Assembly (NCBI GenBank): GCA_050246755.1
Contig: JBFWVL010000001.1
Location: 256,001-320,000, forward strand
Length of the DNA stretch: 64,000 nt
Direction: 5' to 3'
DNA from: Bacteriovoracia bacterium
Lineage (GTDB): Bacteria; Bdellovibrionota; UBA1018; CAIPTA01
The stretch's first letter is position 1; each line of letters opens with the position of its first letter. A program made the position numbers and the translations under genes. The notes beneath the pieces were generated by a model, which was not told the DNA's origin, did not search any database, and saw only the letters and a program-made list of their open reading frames with translations. Shown piece after piece: positions 9,158 to 19,173 of this stretch.

Positions 9158-9780
9158 TATATTCTGCTAGCGGTGGTAGCGGGAGAGATCCCCACCTGCC
9201 GGATGGCGCTCGGCGAAAATACCGATTGGTTTCCGTTCGGCAGAAGCGTCTGCATCGGCGTGGCGACTACCGCCGCGGGGGCCGCTTGCATTCCCGTGAA
9301 AGGCTGCAAGCTGGGCTTAGCGGAAAATCCCCAGAGATTCGTGAGCTGTGGGCCGGGATTGAAGGTCAGCAGAGAGGGAGCCTTGCTAAAATCGAAGATC
9401 GGCGTAACTCCTTGGTTCCAGATATTTTGAACTTGGGACTGGTATTGCGCCCAGGGGAGCGGAGAAAAATTGGCGAATACGGGAGACTTCACTCCGTAGC
9501 CGTTTAGGGCCGCCTGAGTGTCCAAGTAATACTTAAGTTCGTTTTGGCTGAGGAAATTATAGTATTCCAGCGCGCCTTTTTTAATGACCGCTTCTTCGGC
9601 CTCGCTTCTTACGGCCGCAAATAAATCGCCCTGCAAAGGAAGCTGGGTCACCTGAAGGGCCGGGGAACTGCCGTCTACGCAGGCAATCTTGCGCCAAGGA
9701 CTCTCCGCGCCTCCGCTTAAAAAGCTAAGAGAGAGAACGGCGATTAGGATCGGGCCTACTTTGGTGCTTGGAATCTTCAT
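9154..9780 (-). CDS. Hypothetical secreted protein
   Basis: 208-aa ORF with a signal-peptide-like N-terminus; convergent 4-nt overlap with the TPR gene; sigma54-like site directly upstream. Confidence 0.55.
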   Translation of the reverse strand: MKIPSTKVGPILIAVLSLSFLSGGAESPWRKIACVDGSSPALQVTQLPLQGDLFAAVRSEAEEAVIKKGALEYYNFLSQNELKYYLDTQAALNGYGVKSPVFANFSPLPWAQYQSQVQNIWNQGVTPIFDFSKAPSLLTFNPGPQLTNLWGFSAKPSLQPFTGMQAAPAAVVATPMQTLLPNGNQSVFSPSAIRQVGISPATTASRIY

Positions 9781-9791
9781 AGCGAAGGAAT

Positions 9792-9807
9792 CGCAAGGGC
9801 CATACCA
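9792..9807 (-). promoter_or_regulatory. sigma54-type -24/-12 promoter (TGGTATG-GCCC-TTGCG)
   Basis: GG-N10-GC with TGG and TTGC context, 12 nt before ATG 9780; IHF-like A/T-rich stretch just upstream. Confidence 0.55.
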
Positions 9808-9894
9808 AGTTAATTTGCTGAAATTAAAAGACTTTTATCTGTTTTCCCGGCCCGGAAGTCGTTTTCCTTGGACAAGCGTTTAAAGCTTAAACAC

Positions 9895-10158
9895 CTAGGG
9901 AAGGATCTCGATGGGAATCTCTTTCGCAAGGCGATCTACCATTGCCCGAACTTCATCGAGTAAATCAGGAGACTGGTGAAGAAGAATATCCCGGTAAGGA
10001 AGCTGCTTTTCTCCGGGCAAGGTGGAGTAATTCGTAAGCCCGTCGGAAGCTTCGAGGATTTGATAGAGAAAGGCGGAATCTTCTTTACGGACTCTGAGTA
10101 TCATTTGACCCCTAAAATAGCCTCTTACCTTGACCATGGAACGCGAGCTTTCTATCAT
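9895..10158 (-). CDS. DUF4911-like small protein
   Basis: LRVRKEDSAFLYQILEASDGLTNYSTL pattern; start uncertain. Confidence 0.55.
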   Translation of the reverse strand: MIESSRSMVKVRGYFRGQMILRVRKEDSAFLYQILEASDGLTNYSTLPGEKQLPYRDILLHQSPDLLDEVRAMVDRLAKEIPIEILP

Positions 10159-10178
10159 AAGAGCAACAAGGGGACATT

Positions 10179-11039
10179 ATGAAAAAAGCCATTATTTTCG
10201 GAGCTCTGGGCACTCTTTTGCTAGGCTCCTGTTCACTGCTTCAGCGCCACGACGATGGCGAAGACCTCACGCGTGAATCCGAAAATATCGAAGCCCCCGA
10301 AAGTGGCAGCCCTACCGTGGAGTCAGAAGTATCACGGCTAAATACCAAAATTTCCGCGCTGGAGACCAAGCTCGACGTTTTAACGTCCAATATGGAACGT
10401 ATGGAAATGCAGCGCTCCCAACCGGTGATCGAGGCGCAAGGTATCCCCCAGCCCACCATGGCGGCACCAGTGGAAGTTCCGGAAAGCAGCCAAGTAAGCG
10501 CCGCTCCCGTGCAGCCTTCGGCGATTCTGCCCACCAGCGTGAAATCACCCGGCGCCATCGCGGCCGATTCCGCGGCGGAAAAAGAATTTCGGGCGTCGAT
10601 GGTGCTTTTCCAGAACGGCAAGAATATGGAAGCGGCCGCTAGCTTCGCGCTCGTCGCCAAAAAATTTCCCCAGCACCTCTTGGCGTCCCATTCCCTCTAC
10701 TGGGCCGGCGAAGCGAGTGCGCGAGGCCAGCAATGGTCTTTAGCCACCGAAAACTGGGAAGAATTGGAAAGGCGCTACCCAAGAAGCGCCTACGTTCCGG
10801 AGGCTCTGGCCGGTCTCGCCCGTGCCTACGAAAATCAGGGCGATGCTGGAAAAGCCAAAACCTACCGCGACAATCTTCTGCGTGCATTTCCGAAGTCTCC
10901 CGTGGCCCTCAGCTTCCATTCTTCGGGAACACAATCCGCCAGCCCGACAAAACGCGTAAGCACCCTCAAAGCAGAAGTTTCTGAAGACATTGAGGCCCCC
11001 GCCTACCAAGAGGAGACCTCTGAGACGGAGGGCGAATGA
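10179..11039 (+). CDS. CpoB/YbgF-like TPR lipoprotein (Tol-Pal associated type)
   Basis: Lipobox LGS-C; coiled coil; TPRs with F..V.KKFP.H.LA..SLYWAGE and YP.S.YVPEAL. Confidence 0.7.
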   Translation: MKKAIIFGALGTLLLGSCSLLQRHDDGEDLTRESENIEAPESGSPTVESEVSRLNTKISALETKLDVLTSNMERMEMQRSQPVIEAQGIPQPTMAAPVEVPESSQVSAAPVQPSAILPTSVKSPGAIAADSAAEKEFRASMVLFQNGKNMEAAASFALVAKKFPQHLLASHSLYWAGEASARGQQWSLATENWEELERRYPRSAYVPEALAGLARAYENQGDAGKAKTYRDNLLRAFPKSPVALSFHSSGTQSASPTKRVSTLKAEVSEDIEAPAYQEETSETEGE

Positions 11040-12415
11040 GAACTTTCGTCCTCAGCTTTTTGCTGCTTTCGCTTTCTTCCCCGGCGCATAGCTTCGTGCA
11101 AGATTTCACGGAGAACGGCAATCAACACCGCGAAGGAATCGACAAACAGGAATACGATAATTTCAAATCCAAATCATCGGATCAGGACAAATACTACGGC
11201 GGCTTCCGCGATCTTTACCGCAAGTTTAACGAAAAAGTGGTGGTGCCCGGATTCATCTCCTCCGCCCCGCAAAACGAAATCGCGAAGATCGTAGGCCCCG
11301 ACGTGCTCGGCACCAGTTTCAGGGTGGGCGATACCATTTATTTGCGATGGGGAGGCGGAGCGAGCCCCGCTGTGGGCGCGATTTATTCCACTTATACTCC
11401 GGCCATCGTTAGCCAAAATATGGCTAATCCTACCGATTTCATGGTGGGCCTAGCCCCCACCGACCCAAGTGATACTCTCCCTAAGGAGAACCGCCTGGCT
11501 GGATACTTTTTTGAAGGCACGGGCCGGGTGCGGATCACCAAAGTGGGTCAAAGCTTAGTGGAAGCAGTGATCGAGAGACAGATGGGACAAATAAAAATGG
11601 GCGATAAGTTAATGCCCCCCCTTCCCATCCACGAAGCTTTGCGGCCATCTTACGGCAGCATCCCCTTATCGGCCGCCATCGTCTGCGGCTCGCCCCCCGA
11701 TCGTATTTCTACCACGCGAAATTCGTTTATTTACATCAACCGCGGGTCGCGTGACGGGATCAAAGTGGGCCAAATGTTTGAAGCCGTAGAGCGAGTGCAG
11801 CTGGACGGCGGCGAAACGGCCGCCGGCCCAGAAGTTTCGGCCGGAGAAGCGATCGTAGTGTACGTGTCTGACTCCTACTCTACCGCGATGATCACGAAAC
11901 AGTTCGACGTAATCCGCATGGGTTCACTCCTGCGCACGATGAATCCGCTTAACCCTACCGTATCAAAATCTCCTTTTTCGGGAATGGCGAGCCGATCGGC
12001 CGCGAAAGGCCCGAAGACCGACGAACTTCCCGAGCTGCCTTCGCTCGATGACGAGCATAATAATGCACCTAATTTGCCCGACCCCATGAGAAAAATGCCG
12101 GAACCTAATTCGAGCTTAGATTCTAGTTTGAATCCTAAAAAATCGGCGCTCTCCGAACTTGATGCCCTGGAACGATCCCATAATTTTCAGAATCTGAGCG
12201 CCGAAGAAAAATCCCGGCTCAGTAAACTTAGCCGCCAGGAGCGCGTGGGCGAAACGGGGCCCAAAGTGGAAGGATCAGAAGACGCCGCCGATCCATCCGC
12301 CCCCGGGCTAGAAAGCTCTTTTGCGAAAAGCAAAAAGCCCACGAAGAAACCCGCGAAAAAAACCAAACATTCAAACGACGAAGAAGAGCTGAATATGCTC
12401 ATGATGCAGAATTAG
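11036..12415 (+). CDS. Exported FlgT-C/TsaP-like protein with a low-complexity charged C-terminal tail; no LysM seen
   Basis: Signal peptide; F.VGDTIYL; GRVRIT; FIYINRGSRDGIKVGQMF; GEAIVVYVSDSYSTAMIT; lies upstream of dprA. Confidence 0.55.
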   Translation: MRTFVLSFLLLSLSSPAHSFVQDFTENGNQHREGIDKQEYDNFKSKSSDQDKYYGGFRDLYRKFNEKVVVPGFISSAPQNEIAKIVGPDVLGTSFRVGDTIYLRWGGGASPAVGAIYSTYTPAIVSQNMANPTDFMVGLAPTDPSDTLPKENRLAGYFFEGTGRVRITKVGQSLVEAVIERQMGQIKMGDKLMPPLPIHEALRPSYGSIPLSAAIVCGSPPDRISTTRNSFIYINRGSRDGIKVGQMFEAVERVQLDGGETAAGPEVSAGEAIVVYVSDSYSTAMITKQFDVIRMGSLLRTMNPLNPTVSKSPFSGMASRSAAKGPKTDELPELPSLDDEHNNAPNLPDPMRKMPEPNSSLDSSLNPKKSALSELDALERSHNFQNLSAEEKSRLSKLSRQERVGETGPKVEGSEDAADPSAPGLESSFAKSKKPTKKPAKKTKHSNDEEELNMLMMQN

Positions 12416-12489
12416 GACGGCCTTTCGTCCTAATTTCGGACTCCGAAAGAAATTCTTTTTCCTGTTCCATGCCTTCTCGCATCTGTGAC

Positions 12490-12505
12490 TGGCGCGGCGA
12501 TTGAT
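12490..12505 (+). promoter_or_regulatory. sigma54-like -24/-12 promoter variant (TGGCGCG-GCGA-TTGAT) for dprA
   Basis: Strong -24 box, TTGA instead of TTGC, 12 nt before ATG 12517; GTC-N9-GAC palindrome at 12427-12441. Confidence 0.45.
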
Positions 12506-12516
12506 AGCGCGCCGCC

Positions 12517-13581
12517 ATGGAAATCTTACGCTTTATTCATCAATTTTTTCATCTTACCGTGGCCGACTACCAAAAGCGTTGGCCGCAAGGCGAACCGAAA
12601 TGGGAGGATCTGCACGCCCTCTTTGCGGAACCGGTTCTCCCGCGGCGAAGCCTATCGGTGGGAGACGTTCCTAACCTCACGGCAGCTCGCTACCTCTACG
12701 AGTCCATCCTGCGCGAACAGGAAGAGCTCGGCATTCGCACCCTGGCCTACCCGGAAAATGGCTTCCCCAGCGCTTTGGCCGCGCATATTGCGCCCGAGCG
12801 CCGGCCCGCCCTTCTCTACCTTCGCGGCCACGATATTCCCCGCGAAGAAAACTGCGTAGGGGTCGTGGGCACGCGCAGGCCGAGTCCCTTGGGCGCAGAT
12901 GCGGCCAGCAACTTCGCCACTTATTTTTCTGGCATGCAGCTGCACGTGATAAGTGGCCTCGCCCGCGGGATCGACTCGATCGCCCATCGCGAGAATCTGG
13001 ATATCGGCACGGTGGCGGTGCTCGGAAGCGGAGTGGGTACGGTGTATCCAAGAGAAAATCAGGCGCTCGCGGAAGATATTCTCGCTGAAGGGGGCAGCCT
13101 GCTCTCACCCTTTCCGCTCTACCAGGTTCCACTTCCGCAAAATTTTCCGGCACGTAACGAGGTCATCGCCGCTCTTGCCTGCGGGACGGTAGTAGTGGAA
13201 GGCGCCGAACAGAGCGGGGCCGCGATCACGGGCAAACAAGCCCTGGCGATGGGCAAAACGGTGGTGGTGCTCGGCCAAGATTTTCGCACCAGCTTCGGCC
13301 GGGGAGCCATACGCCTACAACAAGCGGGCGCGGTAATGGCGGCTAGCGAAGAGGAAGCGCTACAGGCCATTTTCGCGCCGCTGGGAGGTTTCTCTCGTCA
13401 GGAAGAACTAAAGGGCCGCTCCTCCCGCAAAATTTTCGGCATCGAGGAATTTCGGATGGCGAGCGGCAAAAGCTACGGCGAAGCGGTGGTGCTGCTGGAA
13501 GAGGCTATTTTGCGGGGACGCATAGAACGAGTAGGCTTGCGGCAATACCGATTCACCCGTAAACCGTCAATTGACGCCTAG
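12517..13581 (+). CDS. dprA: DNA-processing protein DprA (Smf)
   Basis: P.LLYLRG; VGVVGTRRPS; VISGLARGIDSIAH; TVAVLGSG; NFPARNEVIA; VVVEGAEQSGAAIT. Confidence 0.92.
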   Translation: MEILRFIHQFFHLTVADYQKRWPQGEPKWEDLHALFAEPVLPRRSLSVGDVPNLTAARYLYESILREQEELGIRTLAYPENGFPSALAAHIAPERRPALLYLRGHDIPREENCVGVVGTRRPSPLGADAASNFATYFSGMQLHVISGLARGIDSIAHRENLDIGTVAVLGSGVGTVYPRENQALAEDILAEGGSLLSPFPLYQVPLPQNFPARNEVIAALACGTVVVEGAEQSGAAITGKQALAMGKTVVVLGQDFRTSFGRGAIRLQQAGAVMAASEEEALQAIFAPLGGFSRQEELKGRSSRKIFGIEEFRMASGKSYGEAVVLLEEAILRGRIERVGLRQYRFTRKPSIDA

Positions 13582-13638
13582 CGCAGACAGCGCCAAACCC
13601 TGGGATTTTATGGTCCTTCTTGCTAGAGTGAAATTCTC

Positions 13639-15222
13639 ATGGCCGTACTTCAATCTAAAGTAGACAAACAAAGCGCCGCTTACAAAAAAAACTACCTGTT
13701 TCACGCCCAACTCGCCGCCGAGCTGGCGGAAAAAAGCGGCCGCGTGGCCCAAGGCGGAGGCGAAGCCTCCCGGAAAAAGCACGAAGAACGGGGAAAGTTA
13801 TTCGTCCGCGAAAGAATCACCAAGCTAATCGATCCCGGAACTCCTTTTTTAGAAATCGCCCCTCTCGCCGCCTACGGCCAATATGAAGATCAGGCGCCCG
13901 GCGCCGGGATCGTGACCGGTATTGGGCGTGTTTCCGGCCGCGAGGTAATGATCATCGCCAACGATGCCACCGTGAAGGGCGGGACCTATTTTCCCCTCAC
14001 CGTAAAAAAGCACCTGCGCGCCCAGGAAATCGCCCGCGAAAATTTTCTTCCCTGCCTCTACCTCGTGGATTCGGGCGGCGCTTTCTTGCCGATGCAAAAA
14101 GAAGTATTCCCCGATCGTGATCATTTCGGCCGTATTTTTTTCAACCAAGCCCAGATGAGCGCGCTTGGTATTCCGCAAATCGCCGCCGTGATGGGATCCT
14201 GCACCGCGGGCGGCGCCTACGTGCCCGCCATGAGCGACGAAACCATCATGGTGAAAAACGTGGCCACGATTTTTCTCGCTGGCCCGCCGCTCGTGAAGGC
14301 CGCCACCGGTGAGGTAGTTACCGCGGAAGAACTCGGCGGCGCCGACACGCACTGCCGCAAAAGCGGAGTGGCCGACCACTACGCAGAAAACGACGAACAT
14401 GCGATTGAGATCCTGCGCGAGATCGTGCTGCACCTCGGGAAAAGAAAGCGCGCGGCCTTCGAACGCCTGACTCCCGAGGCTCCGCTATTCGAGGCCGAGG
14501 AGATTCTCGGCGTGCTATCATCCGATCTCCGCACCCCCTACGATGCCCGTGAAGTGATCGCGCGGCTGGTGGACGGAAGCCGCCTACATGAGTTCAAGCC
14601 GCTCTACGGAACCACCATCGTTTGCGGTTTCGCCCACATCGAAGGGTACCCCGTGGGAATTCTCGCCAATAATGGGGTTCTGCTTTCGGAAAGCGCGCTC
14701 AAAGCCACGCACTTCATCGAGCTTTGCAACCAACGGAAAGTTCCGCTGCTCTTCTTGCAAAATATCACCGGCTTCATGGTGGGCAAAGATGCCGAACAAC
14801 GCGGGATCGCCAAAGACGGCGCGAAGATGGTGCTAGCGGTGAGCAATGCCTCGGTGCCAAAATTCACCGTGATCACCGGCGGAAGCTTTGGCGCAGGAAA
14901 CTACGGGATGTGTGGGCGCGCGTTTTCTCCCCGCTTCCTCTGGATGTGGCCTAATGCCCGCATCTCCGTGATGGGCGGTGAACAAGCCGCCGACGTGCTG
15001 ACCGCGGTGAAGAGCGCCTCCGACAAAGAAAAGGCGGAATTCCGTAAACAGATCCTCGCCGAATACGAACAGGATGGCTCCGCTTACGCTTCTACCGGCC
15101 GCCTCTGGGACGATGGCATCATCGATCCGCGGCAAACCCGTAAAACCCTCGCGCTCGCGCTCGCCACCGCTCTGGAAAATAGCCCAGTGCCGGAAACGAA
15201 GTACGGCGTATTCCGGATGTGA
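13639..15222 (+). CDS. liuB: 3-methylcrotonyl-CoA carboxylase beta (carboxyltransferase) subunit
   Basis: [26 protein letters not shown]; [15 protein letters not shown]; [14 protein letters not shown]; LWDDGIIDP; C-terminal YGVFRM. Confidence 0.93.
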   Translation: MAVLQSKVDKQSAAYKKNYLFHAQLAAELAEKSGRVAQGGGEASRKKHEERGKLFVRERITKLIDPGTPFLEIAPLAAYGQYEDQAPGAGIVTGIGRVSGREVMIIANDATVKGGTYFPLTVKKHLRAQEIARENFLPCLYLVDSGGAFLPMQKEVFPDRDHFGRIFFNQAQMSALGIPQIAAVMGSCTAGGAYVPAMSDETIMVKNVATIFLAGPPLVKAATGEVVTAEELGGADTHCRKSGVADHYAENDEHAIEILREIVLHLGKRKRAAFERLTPEAPLFEAEEILGVLSSDLRTPYDAREVIARLVDGSRLHEFKPLYGTTIVCGFAHIEGYPVGILANNGVLLSESALKATHFIELCNQRKVPLLFLQNITGFMVGKDAEQRGIAKDGAKMVLAVSNASVPKFTVITGGSFGAGNYGMCGRAFSPRFLWMWPNARISVMGGEQAADVLTAVKSASDKEKAEFRKQILAEYEQDGSAYASTGRLWDDGIIDPRQTRKTLALALATALENSPVPETKYGVFRM

Positions 15223-16043
15223 GCATGAGCATAACCCCCAAGCACCTCAAACTAAGCTTCGAACAAGGCGGGAAAACTCTCCGGGTAACGATCAATCGCC
15301 CGGAGGTCCGGAATGCGTTTAACGCCGAGCTGATCGCCGATTTTCAGAGTGTATTTTCCGCCCTCACCGAAGAGGCGCAAGAATTCGCCGGCGTGAAAGC
15401 GGTTCTCCTCCACGGTGCCGGCCCGGCTTTCTGCGGAGGCGGCGATCTCAACTGGATGAAGAATAGCCTCGATCTTTCCCACGAAGAAAACTTGGCCGAT
15501 TGCCTGCGCCTAACCCATATGTTCCACACCATGGACCGCTGTCCGGTGCCGGTGGTGGGACTAGTGCACGGGTTCGCGATCGGCGGCGGCGTTGGCCTCG
15601 TGTCGATTTGCGACCACGTGATCGCGGCCGAAGATACGGTGTTTTCTCTTTCGGAAGTGCGCCTCGGCTTGATCCCGGCCTGCATCGGCCCGTTCGTGAT
15701 CGCCAAGATCGGCGTGAGCCAGGCTCGCTCCCTCTTCGTATCGGGAGAACGCTTTAAAGGCGAAAAAGCGGCAAGAATTAGCCTCGTGCACGAGGTTTGT
15801 GCCGCCGCCGACCTCGAAGCGCGCGGCCAAAAAGTGCTGGCCCAGATGCACGAGGGCGGCCCGGTGGCGATCAAGGCCGCAAAATTCCTGGTGCACACTC
15901 TTTCCCGCGATCTGGTGGGCGAAGATTTTTCCAAAGCACTCGATTTCGCCGCCGGCGAGCTCGCGCAGTTACGCGTGCTTCCCGAAGCCCAGGAGGGCGT
16001 GCGCGCTTTCCTCGATAAGCGCACGCCGAAGTGGAGAACCTGA
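15219..16043 (+). CDS. liuC: Methylglutaconyl-CoA hydratase (crotonase family)
   Basis: [10 protein letters not shown]; [10 protein letters not shown]; GGGVGLV; [13 protein letters not shown]; [13 protein letters not shown]; context between the MCC subunits. Confidence 0.8.
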   Translation: MSMSITPKHLKLSFEQGGKTLRVTINRPEVRNAFNAELIADFQSVFSALTEEAQEFAGVKAVLLHGAGPAFCGGGDLNWMKNSLDLSHEENLADCLRLTHMFHTMDRCPVPVVGLVHGFAIGGGVGLVSICDHVIAAEDTVFSLSEVRLGLIPACIGPFVIAKIGVSQARSLFVSGERFKGEKAARISLVHEVCAAADLEARGQKVLAQMHEGGPVAIKAAKFLVHTLSRDLVGEDFSKALDFAAGELAQLRVLPEAQEGVRAFLDKRTPKWRT

Positions 16044-16044
16044 G

Positions 16045-17517
16045 TTGGCCAAAATCACCAAAGTTTTGATCCTGAACCGCGGCGAGATCGCTTGCCGTCT
16101 GATTCAAGCTTGCCAGGAGCTCGGCCTAAAAACCGTAGCTCTCTATAGCGATCCCGATAAGAACTCGCGCCACGTGGAGCTCGCCGATGAATCCATTCCT
16201 CTGCCCGGCGCCTCGCCCCAAGAAACCTACCTTAATTTGGACAAAATCCTGCCCGCCGCCAAAGCGCTGAACTGCGATGCCGTGCACCCGGGCTACGGTT
16301 TTCTCTCTGAGCGAGCTCACGCCGCGGAAGCTTTTTTGAAAGCCGGCATCGAATGGATAGGCCCTCGCCCCGAAAGCATCCGCCTGCTCGGCGATAAGCT
16401 CGAGGCAAAAAAGTTATTGGATAAATACCAGGTGCCCACGGCGCCCTGGAGCGAAGTAAATATTTCCGATGGAACGGCCCTCGAGAAGGCCGCCGCAAAG
16501 GTGGGCTTTCCCCTTCTGCTGAAGGCCGCTTCGGGCGGCGGGGGAAAAGGCATGCGGCTGGTGCGCGAAAAAAGCGCTCTACTGGAGAGCGCCGAAAGCG
16601 CGGCCCGGGAGGCCAAGTCTAGCTTCGGCGACGCCACCCTGCTGATGGAAAAATACATCGAAGAACCGCGCCACGTGGAGATCCAGATCCTCGGCGACCT
16701 GCACGGCAACCTCATGCATTTTGGCGAAAGAGAATGCTCGCTCCAGCGCCGCCACCAGAAAGTGATTGAGGAAGCGCCGGCCCCGAATCTTTCCCAGGCC
16801 ACGAAAGATAAGATCGCGGCCTCTGCGCTCGCGCTCGCCAAAGGCGTGGGCTACGCTAGCGCCGGCACCGTGGAATTTCTTGTGGACAATAAAGAGAATT
16901 TCTATTTCCTCGAAGTGAACTCCCGCCTCCAAGTAGAGCATTCCGTTACCGAAGCCGTTTGGGGCATCGACCTCGTGAAAAGCCAACTTTTGATCGCTCA
17001 GGGCGCAAAACTCACGGATCTTTTTTCGCGAAATGAAATGAAGCCGCGCGGGCATTCCATCCAGGCACGTATCTACGCCGAGGACGCCGCCCAGCAGTTC
17101 GCCCCCTGTCCCGGCACTCTGAACCTGGTAGAATGGCCACAAGCCGTGGGCCTACGCATCGATACCGGCGTGCGCACCGGCTCCGTGATCGGGCTCGACT
17201 ACGACGCGATGATCGCAAAAATGACCGTGACCGCTGAGGACCGTGAACGCGCGATCGAGAGACTGCTCTGGTGCCTGCGGCATACGGTGATCTTCGGCAC
17301 AGTAACGAACGTCAACTACCTGCAGGATATTTTGCTCCAACCCAAAGTGCGCGCGGGAAAGATGTACGTAAAATTTCTCGAGACCGAAATGAAGGATTGG
17401 TGCGACCAGCCTCCCGAAGAATTAGTGGCCATGCAGCCTTCGCTCGTTCGCTCGGCCTCTGCTTTGGGCGCACAGAGCATTTCCAGAAAATTGCCATCTC
17501 CCTGGGAGACCGCATGA
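16045..17517 (+). CDS. liuD: Biotin carboxylase part of the methylcrotonyl-CoA carboxylase alpha subunit
   Basis: TTG start 1 nt after the liuC stop; NRGEIACR; HPGYGFLSE; GGGGKGMR; ERECSLQRRHQKVIEE; FLEVNSRLQVEH; no biotinyl domain. Confidence 0.85.
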   Translation: MAKITKVLILNRGEIACRLIQACQELGLKTVALYSDPDKNSRHVELADESIPLPGASPQETYLNLDKILPAAKALNCDAVHPGYGFLSERAHAAEAFLKAGIEWIGPRPESIRLLGDKLEAKKLLDKYQVPTAPWSEVNISDGTALEKAAAKVGFPLLLKAASGGGGKGMRLVREKSALLESAESAAREAKSSFGDATLLMEKYIEEPRHVEIQILGDLHGNLMHFGERECSLQRRHQKVIEEAPAPNLSQATKDKIAASALALAKGVGYASAGTVEFLVDNKENFYFLEVNSRLQVEHSVTEAVWGIDLVKSQLLIAQGAKLTDLFSRNEMKPRGHSIQARIYAEDAAQQFAPCPGTLNLVEWPQAVGLRIDTGVRTGSVIGLDYDAMIAKMTVTAEDRERAIERLLWCLRHTVIFGTVTNVNYLQDILLQPKVRAGKMYVKFLETEMKDWCDQPPEELVAMQPSLVRSASALGAQSISRKLPSPWETA

Positions 17518-17837
17518 AATCCCAGCGCGTAAAAGATAAAATTTGGGTGCAGTGGCGGGGCCGGCTTTATTCGCTGGCCGCAAATCCCGGGCGGGCTTCG
17601 CGCGCTTCCGCCGAAGAAGCCCAGCAATTGGTAGCCCCATTCTCATGCAAAGTACTCAAGCTTCACGTAAAGGACGGCCAAACCGTGAAAAAAGGCGACC
17701 TCGTCGTGGTAGTCGAGGCCATGAAAATGGAATATTCCTACGCCAGTCCACGGGATGGTAAGATAGCCAAGGTGCAAGCGAAAGAAGGCGAGATCGTTCC
17801 CGCCGGACTGCAGTTCGTGCTTTGGAGTACGCCATGA
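17514..17837 (+). CDS. Stand-alone biotin carboxyl carrier protein
   Basis: EAMKME biotinylation motif; ATGA overlaps with both neighbours. Confidence 0.88.
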   Translation: MKSQRVKDKIWVQWRGRLYSLAANPGRASRASAEEAQQLVAPFSCKVLKLHVKDGQTVKKGDLVVVVEAMKMEYSYASPRDGKIAKVQAKEGEIVPAGLQFVLWSTP

Positions 17838-18763
17838 AAATTCGCGTAGTGGAAGTGGGCCCCAGGGACGGCCTGCAAAATGAAAATCCTATCCGTTCCC
17901 TGCCGGTGGCGGAGTTAGTGGATGCACGCGTCCGTTACGTTTCTCAATTAGCCCAATCCGGCCTGGAAGACGTGGAGGCCGGTGCCTTCGTACGCGCCGA
18001 TCGTATCCCCGCCATGGCGGGTACGGACCAGGTTTTGAAACGGCTGCAGACGGAATTTCCGGAGCTATGGAAAACGAAAAAATTTTGGACCCTCGTCCCC
18101 AATCATAAGGGCCTGGAAATGGCCTTGGCCGCGGGCGCCAAGCATATCAGCGTATTTACCGCCACGAGCGATGCCTTCAATTTAAAAAATATCCAGATGA
18201 CGGTGGAAGATTCTCTCAAGGGCCTGAAGCCAGTGGTGGAAGAAGCCAAGCGCGCTGGTCTCGCCGTGCGCGGTTATGTGTCTACCGTTTGGGGCTGCCC
18301 CTACTCCGGCTTCGTACCGCCCGAGCGTGCCCGCTTCGTAACCGATCAGCTGCTCACCATGGGCGTGGAAGAGGTTTCCCTCGGTGATACCATCGGCGTG
18401 GCCAGCCCAAAGCAAGTAGAAGAAGTGCTGAGAATTTTCCCCAAAGATATGCCGCTCGCCGCGCACTTCCACGATACCCGCGGCACCGCGATCGCGAATT
18501 GCCTGGAGGCAATTCAGCTCGGGATTAAAACCGTGGATTCTTCCGCCGGCGGCTTGGGTGGTTGCCCCTACGCAAAGGGGGCTTCGGGAAATCTCGCCAC
18601 CGAAGATTTGCTCTATATGCTCCACGGGATGGGTTTCACCACCGGCGTGGATATCGAAAAGGTTTGTGAAGCTTCGGCCTACTTGGAAAAAGAGCTGCAC
18701 TTGAATCTACCCTCCCGTTTTTTCAAAGCGTGGAAGGGCTCTACCGGCCGCGCGCAGTGCTAA
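17834..18763 (+). CDS. liuE: Hydroxymethylglutaryl-CoA lyase
   Basis: EVGPRDGLQNE; SLGDTIG; HFHDTRG; GGLGGCPYAKGASGNLATED. Confidence 0.93.
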   Translation: MKIRVVEVGPRDGLQNENPIRSLPVAELVDARVRYVSQLAQSGLEDVEAGAFVRADRIPAMAGTDQVLKRLQTEFPELWKTKKFWTLVPNHKGLEMALAAGAKHISVFTATSDAFNLKNIQMTVEDSLKGLKPVVEEAKRAGLAVRGYVSTVWGCPYSGFVPPERARFVTDQLLTMGVEEVSLGDTIGVASPKQVEEVLRIFPKDMPLAAHFHDTRGTAIANCLEAIQLGIKTVDSSAGGLGGCPYAKGASGNLATEDLLYMLHGMGFTTGVDIEKVCEASAYLEKELHLNLPSRFFKAWKGSTGRAQC

Positions 18764-19134
18764 AGAGCATTCACCACGTGGCGATCATTTGCTCCAATTA
18801 TGAGCGCGCTAAGGATTTTTATACGCGGGTTCTGGGCCTGAGCGTGGTTCGCGAAACTTTCCGGGCGGAGCGGAACTCCTGGAAACTGGATCTCGCGATT
18901 GGAAATTCCACCCTTGAGCTATTTTCTTTTCCCAATCCTCCCGCGCGCGTTTCACGGCCGGAAGCCTGTGGACTCAGGCATTTGGCGTTTGCGGTGGAGG
19001 ATTTGGCGGCGGCGGTGAAACGGTTGAGCGCGGAGGTGGAGGTAGAACCGATTCGGGTGGATGAGCTCACCGGCCGCCGTTTTACTTTTTTCACCGATCC
19101 CGACGGCTTGCCCTTGGAAATCTACGAGGTCTAA
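18757..19134 (+). CDS. VOC/glyoxalase family protein (YaeR-like)
   Basis: IHHVAIICS; LELFSFP.PP.R.SRPEACGLRHLAF; FFTDPDGLPLEIYE. Confidence 0.88.
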   Translation: MLKSIHHVAIICSNYERAKDFYTRVLGLSVVRETFRAERNSWKLDLAIGNSTLELFSFPNPPARVSRPEACGLRHLAFAVEDLAAAVKRLSAEVEVEPIRVDELTGRRFTFFTDPDGLPLEIYEV

Positions 19135-19173
19135 CGCGGTAGTTCCGCGAGTTCGCAGTTTTGTTAAATGGTC

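Noticed and set aside
15799-16044. N-terminal extension of the biotin carboxylase ORF
   Set aside because: It overlaps liuC out of frame; homology begins at TTG 16045 (LAKITKVLILNRGEIA).
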